Assembly: GCA_035292425.1 (NCBI GenBank)
Contig: DATDQD010000066.1
Span: 1-39,535 of the forward strand
Reading direction: 5' to 3'
Origin: Bacteroidota bacterium
Lineage (GTDB): Bacteria > Bacteroidota > Ignavibacteria > UBA10030 > SZUA-254
Length of the DNA: 39,535 nt
This document shows, piece after piece, positions 34,664 to 39,535 of this stretch. Position 1 is the first letter of the stretch. Every line of letters starts with the position of its first letter. The position numbers and the translations under genes were made by a program. The notes under the pieces were generated by a model. The model was not told where the DNA came from. It saw only the letters and a program-made list of their open reading frames with translations, and ran no database searches.

Positions 34664-35593
34664 TTACAGGATCTCGGAGATCTCGTGGAGGGTGAAGCGC
34701 GAGCGTTTCCCCTTGAGGGCGACGTCGCTGAACGTCTCGCGGATGCGGACCCGGCCGAAGACCTCACGGACCGCCGTGTCGGAAACCAGCATGGAGGTCC
34801 CGGTCTGCTTGTTGGCGTCCTCGATCCTCTCGGCCACGTTCACGGCATCGCCGATGACCGCCATCTTTTCCATGTCGGCCATGCCGATCGTCCCGACCAC
34901 CACCGGCCCGTAATGGATGCCGATGCGGATGCGGAATTTCCTCCGGTACATGGCCTGCAGGTAAGGGTTGAGGGAATCGACCTCCCAGAGCATCTCGAGC
35001 CCCGCGCGGACCGCGCTGTAGACCGGGTCGGGACGGTCGTCAATTCCAAAAAGGGCCATGATCCCGTCCCCGACGTAATCATTGATCCGGCCCCCGTGGG
35101 CGTCGATCACCCTGCCCATCGTGATGAAGTACCGGCGGAGCGCGTGGATCACGTCGTAGGCGGGAAGCGACTCGGCGAAGGAAGTGTAGTCGCCGATGTC
35201 CGCGAAGAGAATGGCGAGGTTCTTCTCCTCCCCGACCGACCCGAGCTTGAGGCCCGGGCCGATCTGGTTCGAGAGTTGTATGTCGAGGGTGTCCAGGACC
35301 ATCCTGCGCACCGTGACGTCGCCGCTCACGGTGGTCTGGCAGGCGAGCCTCACGTGCGGCCCGAAGTTGAGTTTGTCGGCGATTTTTTCTTCGGCCCCCT
35401 GGCGCATCGAGCATCTGTCCAGTCCTGAAACCACCACGACGCGGCAGGTGGAACAGCGGGCCTTCCCGCCGCAGACGTGGACGTGGGGTATGCCGGAGTC
35501 GAGCGAGGCTTCGAGGATGGTGGTCTTCCCCCCCGCCTTCATCTCCTTCTCGTCCGGGAGCATGAAGATCGTATTGACGCTATCGCCGGCCAT
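34664..35593 (-). CDS. 2Fe-2S ferredoxin domain fused to a class III adenylate/guanylate cyclase domain
   Basis: N-terminus: CGGKARCSTC...LACQT (plant-type-like ferredoxin Cys pattern). C-terminus: ILFADIGDYTSF, YVGDGIMALFG, RIGIHYGPVVVGTIG and VIGDAVNVAERIE cyclase blocks. Confidence 0.85.
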   Translation of the reverse strand: MAGDSVNTIFMLPDEKEMKAGGKTTILEASLDSGIPHVHVCGGKARCSTCRVVVVSGLDRCSMRQGAEEKIADKLNFGPHVRLACQTTVSGDVTVRRMVLDTLDIQLSNQIGPGLKLGSVGEEKNLAILFADIGDYTSFAESLPAYDVIHALRRYFITMGRVIDAHGGRINDYVGDGIMALFGIDDRPDPVYSAVRAGLEMLWEVDSLNPYLQAMYRRKFRIRIGIHYGPVVVGTIGMADMEKMAVIGDAVNVAERIEDANKQTGTSMLVSDTAVREVFGRVRIRETFSDVALKGKRSRFTLHEISEIL

Positions 35594-35622
35594 GCGTCCG
35601 TCCCCGGGTGAAGTCGTCCCGA

Positions 35623-36225
35623 CTATTCTTTCTTCCCGGGCTGGGCCTTCTTCATCTCCAGCCTGATGGTGAGTTTGACGTCCTTCGAGACCACGAGCCC
35701 GCCGGCCTCGAGGGCCCTGTTCCAGGCGACGCCGTAGTCGAAACGGTTGATGGTGGTTTCAGCCTTCCATCCCGTCCTGACGCCGCCTTTCGGGTCGGTG
35801 ATGCTGCCGAAGTAGGTCGCATCCAGAACGACTGGTTTTGTCGTGTCGCGAATCGTGAGTTCCCCCGTGATCCTGTACTTGTTTTCGCCCGCTTTCTCGA
35901 GCTTCGTACTCTTGAACGTGGCGAGGGGGTATTTCGCCGCGTCGAAGAAATCGGCGCCGAGCAGGTCGTTGTCGCGGTATTCGTTGTCGGTCGCGATGCT
36001 CGCGGTCTTGATCGCGGCCTCGATGGCCATCGCCGAAAAATCGTCCCCCTTCGACGTCATCGTCACGTCGAAATCCCTGAAGCGGCCGGTCGCTTCCGAG
36101 ATCAGCATGTGGGTGACGGCGAATTCGATCGAGCTGTGCGCCCTGTCGAGCTGCCACGTGTCCTGGGCAGCTACCGGTCCCGCGGCGAGAAGCGCGAGTC
36201 CCAGAAGAACTGAGAGTTTGGTCAT
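35623..36225 (-). CDS. YceI-family periplasmic polyisoprenoid-binding protein
   Basis: Signal peptide, then WQLDRAHSSIEFAVTHMLISEATGRFRDF, the characteristic YceI N-terminal block. Confidence 0.85.
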   Translation of the reverse strand: MTKLSVLLGLALLAAGPVAAQDTWQLDRAHSSIEFAVTHMLISEATGRFRDFDVTMTSKGDDFSAMAIEAAIKTASIATDNEYRDNDLLGADFFDAAKYPLATFKSTKLEKAGENKYRITGELTIRDTTKPVVLDATYFGSITDPKGGVRTGWKAETTINRFDYGVAWNRALEAGGLVVSKDVKLTIRLEMKKAQPGKKE

Positions 36226-36289
36226 GATGGTGTTCCCTGTGTGGATGTGTATGAATTGGTGTTTGTGAATTGTTGCCGTTCCATGAAAT

Positions 36290-36778
36290 CTACCGGTCGC
36301 CGTTCATGCGGTCCCGGCCGTACGTTTCAGCGAGGCCCAGCCCCAGCTTCCTGAGGAGCCGGGAGAGGTCCTCCTGCTCCTTCGCGTCGAGCACCGACGC
36401 CATCGCTCCGACGAATGCCGCGTGTTTCCTGAACGTCGAGGAGAAGAGCCGGCTCCCCTTCGTTGTGAGTTTTGCGACCACCCTGCGCCTGTCGTGCTTC
36501 GCGTGGACGCGTTCCACCAGTCCGTCCCGCTCGAGGTGATCCACCACGCAGGTGATGTTCCCGCTGCTCACCAGCCGCTTGCGCGAGAGTTCTCCCAGGG
36601 TCAGCGGCCCCAGGTGGCCCAGGCATTCCAGGACGCCGAACTGCGGTTCGGTCAGGCCGCCGAACGAGTTGATGTGTTTCCCGGCGAGCCGGCCGAACGT
36701 GGAAGATGCCCGGGCCAGCTTGATCCACAGCGCGAGGGCGCGGTCGGCCTTTTCCCCGTATGTGCGCCTCGGATTCAA
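36290..36778 (-). CDS. MarR-family transcriptional regulator
   Basis: 162 aa. Winged-HTH block LTEPQFGVLECLGHLGPLTLGELSRKRLVSSGNITCVVDHLERDGLVERVHAKHDRR. Confidence 0.85.
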   Translation of the reverse strand: MNPRRTYGEKADRALALWIKLARASSTFGRLAGKHINSFGGLTEPQFGVLECLGHLGPLTLGELSRKRLVSSGNITCVVDHLERDGLVERVHAKHDRRRVVAKLTTKGSRLFSSTFRKHAAFVGAMASVLDAKEQEDLSRLLRKLGLGLAETYGRDRMNGDR

Positions 36779-37074
36779 TGTTTTAAACTTAAAGGAATGG
36801 GACGCAAGATAAGAACGGCCGGGGAAATATACAAGTTCCCCGATATTGCGAATACCCCCCGCGAAAGAGGTTCATCCTCCGGATCTCTTCGATGCCGCCA
36901 CTCCGCACTCCATAATTGTCGATGCCCCCCCCGGGGGGGGTCTGGAATCATCATCAAAATTCATTAAAAAATGGACTATACGAAGATAACCTCTTCCGCC
37001 CCCTTTACCTTCACCCCGGCCCTGGCTATATTGGGGGGTCTTCAATCGTACACAACATCCGAAAGGGTTCGTCC

Positions 37075-37671
37075 ATGAAAAAAATCGTGCTCGCGGGGAT
37101 CGTTGGGGGCCTTATTCTCTGGATATGGGGGTTCATCTCGTGGGTCGTTCTGCCGCTTCATACCGCCGCCGAACGTCCGATACCGAACGAATCAGAAATT
37201 GCGGAAACGCTTGCGCGCGCGCTTCCGGAAAAGGGGGTATATCTGTTCCCCATGATGCCGCAGGAAACAGCCGACATGTCCCCGGCCGGGCAGGAGGCCG
37301 CTATGACCGCCTACGTGGCGAAATTCCAGGCGGGGCCGCACGGGAGGATCTTCTTCGATCCGGCCGGCGGGGACCCCTTCATGGTCAACCAGATGATTTC
37401 CGGGCTGTTGATCTTCATGCTCTCGGCTTCGATCGTGGCGTGGCTCCTGTCGAGGAGCACCGCCGCCGGGGAATCGTTCCTCTCGAGGGTCGTCTACTGC
37501 GGGATGATCGGTACGCTCATCGCGGTCGGATGTTACCTCTCGGAATGGAACTGGATGGGGTATTCGTTCGACTGGACCCGGGCGCTCATGTTCGACAGCA
37601 TCGTGGCCTGGCTGCTCGCCGGTATTGGTATTTCGGCGATTGTCAAACAGAAAGCGACAGCGGCAATGTAA
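37075..37671 (+). CDS. Hypothetical 4-TM membrane protein
   Basis: ATG 37075 (MKKIVLAGIVGGLILWIWGF...) lies within ORF 36916..37671. Hydrophobic segments. Followed by a terminator. Confidence 0.55.
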   Translation: MKKIVLAGIVGGLILWIWGFISWVVLPLHTAAERPIPNESEIAETLARALPEKGVYLFPMMPQETADMSPAGQEAAMTAYVAKFQAGPHGRIFFDPAGGDPFMVNQMISGLLIFMLSASIVAWLLSRSTAAGESFLSRVVYCGMIGTLIAVGCYLSEWNWMGYSFDWTRALMFDSIVAWLLAGIGISAIVKQKATAAM

Positions 37672-37695
37672 GTCAATCATGCCGCCGGATTGATG

Positions 37696-37731
37696 CTGCC
37701 CCGGAACCATCCCCGGGGCAGTTTTTATTTT
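37696..37731 (+). terminator. Rho-independent terminator
   Basis: Stem ctgccccgg (37696..37704) pairs with ccggggcag (37713..37721) around an 8-nt loop, followed by TTTTTATTTT. Confidence 0.65.
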
Positions 37732-37745
37732 GTACCTTGTCCCCG

Positions 37746-39535
37746 ATGAACGCTCCCACAAAACCGCTCTTGATCTTCGACGGCCAGTGCGCATTCTGCC
37801 GCATGTGGATCGAACGGTGGAAGACCATCACGGGCGATACCGTGGACTATGTGACCGCGGTGGATTATGAGACCTCGCCCGATCCTCCCGCCGCGTCGCA
37901 CCCGGCCATACCGGCGGGGGAATACAAAAAAAGCGTCATCCTCGTCCTGCCGGACGGGTCCTGCCTGACCGGGGCACGGGCTGTCTTCACCGCCCTCGGG
38001 AAAACCTCCTCGGGACGGTTCTGGCTTTCCCTCTATAATAAGGTCCCCGGATTCGGTGCAACGACCGAGAGTCTTTACCGTTCAGTCGCGACGCACCGCG
38101 ACGAAATGCATCTCCTGACGCGGGCGCTCTGGGGATCGTCCGTCATCTCCCCCGGTTATTCGGCCACGCGATGGGTCTTCCTCAGGGGAATGGCCGTTGT
38201 CTACGGCATTGCGTTCGCGTCCCTCTTCCCGCAGATCCTCGGGCTTGTCGGCTCGAATGGGATTTCTCCGGCGGAAATGTTCCTCGAAGCTGTCCACGCG
38301 CAGATGGGCGGCGCGGGCGTCCTGTACTATCCCACCCTGGCATGGCTCAATCCCGGCGACGGGTTCCTCACCGGGCTCTGCATCGCGGGAATGGTTTCAT
38401 CGGGCATGCTCCTGTTCGGGATCATACCGCGGGTTTCGGCATTCCTCTGCTGGCTCCTCTATTTTTCCCTCGTCGTCGCGGGCCAGGTCTTCCTCCAGTT
38501 CCAGTGGGACATACTATTATTGGAGGCGGGATTTCTGACCATTTTTTTCGCTCCCCCCGGCCTGTTTCGGTTTCTCCCCGACGCTCTCGAATCACAGCGG
38601 GCGGTCCGGTGGCTCCTCTGGCTCCTGGTGTTCCGGCTCATCTTCATGTCGGGCGTGGTGAAGCTTTCGGCGGGCGACCCGAACTGGTGGAACCTCTCCG
38701 CGCTCTCCTTCCATTACCAGACGCAATGCCTCCCGAGCCCGGTGGCGTGGTACGCACACGCTCTGCCGCTCTGGTTTCACCAGGCTTCGGCGTTTTTCAT
38801 GTTTACGATTGAGATCGGCGCGCCGTTTTTGATTATCACGCCGAGGCGCCTGCGCCACCTCGGCGCATTCCTGCTGATCGGGTTGCAGGTCCTCATCCTC
38901 CTCACGGGCAATTTCGCCTTCTTCAACTGGCTGTCGATCGTGCTCTGCCTTACGCTCATCGACGACGGCGTGGTGAAAAAACTCATCCCGGCGTTTCCGC
39001 TCAAACGCACTCCGACGACGACGATCGTCACCCCTCTCGCCGGGCGGACGGCCGTCACCGCCGACGCGGCGTTTTCTCCCCGACGGCGTATGGGCATCAT
39101 CGGCCGGGCGCTCATGTCCCTCATGCTTCTTCTCAACTTCAACCAGCTCGCCGGACTCGCGATCCCGCGCTTCTGGTGGCCCTCCCCGGTGGCGATGTTT
39201 TCCGGATGGGCGGCGCATTTTTACGTCGTGAACGGTTACGGCCTCTTCCGCGTGATGACAACAAAACGCCCCGAGATCGTCCTCGAGGGGAGTTACGACC
39301 GAACGAACTGGAAACCGTACGGGTTCCGGTACAAGCCTGGGGATGTTTCGAAACCGCTCCCCTGGGTGGCGCCCCACCAGCCCCGCCTCGACTGGCAGAT
39401 GTGGTTCGCCGCCCTCGGGGACTACCGGAGCAACGGGTGGGTCGTCAACCTCGCGATACGACTGCTGGAGGGTTCGCCAGACGTCCTTGCGCTTATGGGC
39501 GACAATCCATTCCCGGAGCGCCCGCCGGCGTACAT
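37746..39535 (+). CDS. Fusion of DUF393/DCC-type thiol-disulfide oxidoreductase domain with a lipase maturation factor (LMF1/DUF1222)-family membrane domain (3' end beyond window)
   Basis: Absent from the ORF track (no stop in the window). Hand translation from ATG 37746 gives MNAPTKPLLIFDGQCAFCRMWIERW (DCC CxxC motif). A long polytopic region follows with LMF hallmarks NGYGLFRVMTTKRPE and HQPRLDWQMWFAAL. Open to nt 39535. Confidence 0.75.
   Translation, partial: MNAPTKPLLIFDGQCAFCRMWIERWKTITGDTVDYVTAVDYETSPDPPAASHPAIPAGEYKKSVILVLPDGSCLTGARAVFTALGKTSSGRFWLSLYNKVPGFGATTESLYRSVATHRDEMHLLTRALWGSSVISPGYSATRWVFLRGMAVVYGIAFASLFPQILGLVGSNGISPAEMFLEAVHAQMGGAGVLYYPTLAWLNPGDGFLTGLCIAGMVSSGMLLFGIIPRVSAFLCWLLYFSLVVAGQVFLQFQWDILLLEAGFLTIFFAPPGLFRFLPDALESQRAVRWLLWLLVFRLIFMSGVVKLSAGDPNWWNLSALSFHYQTQCLPSPVAWYAHALPLWFHQASAFFMFTIEIGAPFLIITPRRLRHLGAFLLIGLQVLILLTGNFAFFNWLSIVLCLTLIDDGVVKKLIPAFPLKRTPTTTIVTPLAGRTAVTADAAFSPRRRMGIIGRALMSLMLLLNFNQLAGLAIPRFWWPSPVAMFSGWAAHFYVVNGYGLFRVMTTKRPEIVLEGSYDRTNWKPYGFRYKPGDVSKPLPWVAPHQPRLDWQMWFAALGDYRSNGWVVNLAIRLLEGSPDVLALMGDNPFPERPPAY

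Noticed and set aside
38171-39377. ORFs 38171..38812(+), 38197..38538(+) and 38592..39377(-)
   Set aside because: These are alternative frames of the DUF393-LMF gene, which translates without stops from 37746 to the window end with conserved LMF motifs. They are Arg/Pro/Gly-rich shadows.
1-39535. Search for CRISPR repeats, tRNA/rRNA genes, IS/transposase or integrase genes, and outer-membrane porin-cytochrome conduits
   Set aside because: I saw no direct-repeat/spacer arrays, cloverleaf-like conserved tRNA segments, transposase/integrase-like ORFs or beta-barrel candidates. All long intergenic gaps are under 300 nt. This scan was by eye only and could miss short ncRNAs.

Overview
High-G+C bacterial chromosomal window. 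I found no rRNA, tRNA, CRISPR array or transposase. All calls come from reading the six-frame translations and motifs by eye; no database search was run.

Layout:
(1) 1-2.8 kb: a SurA-like parvulin PPIase that runs off the left edge, plus a lipoprotein.
(2) 2.9-10.7 kb: a futalosine-pathway menaquinone cluster. It holds a UbiA-type prenyltransferase, UbiX, UbiD, a radical-SAM enzyme fused to MqnA, a second radical-SAM enzyme and an MqnD-like gene. A small nucleotidyltransferase gene pair interrupts it.
(3) 10.9-12.2 kb: an aldehyde dehydrogenase.
(4) 12.3-32.6 kb, all on the minus strand: a run of six quinone-linked membrane redox modules with 67 c-type heme-binding motifs in seven cytochromes. 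In transcription order these are a USP/Cys-rich protein, a 13-heme c fused to cytochrome b, a 19-heme c followed by a separate cytochrome b, an ImcH-like 7-heme protein, an octaheme c/FeS/NrfD set, a Rieske/cytochrome b/undecaheme c set, and a 4-heme plus 5-heme c/molybdopterin/FeS/NrfD set that resembles alternative complex III (ACIII) or Qrc.
(5) 32.8-36.8 kb, directly upstream on the same strand: a Crp/Fnr regulator, a membrane hydrolase, a 2Fe-2S ferredoxin fused to a class III nucleotide cyclase, YceI and MarR.
(6) 37.1-39.5 kb: a membrane protein and a DUF393(DCC)/lipase-maturation-factor fusion that runs off the right edge.

The best candidate for an undescribed system is the co-directional multiheme/quinone supercluster together with its ferredoxin-cyclase, Crp/Fnr and USP-Cys front end.
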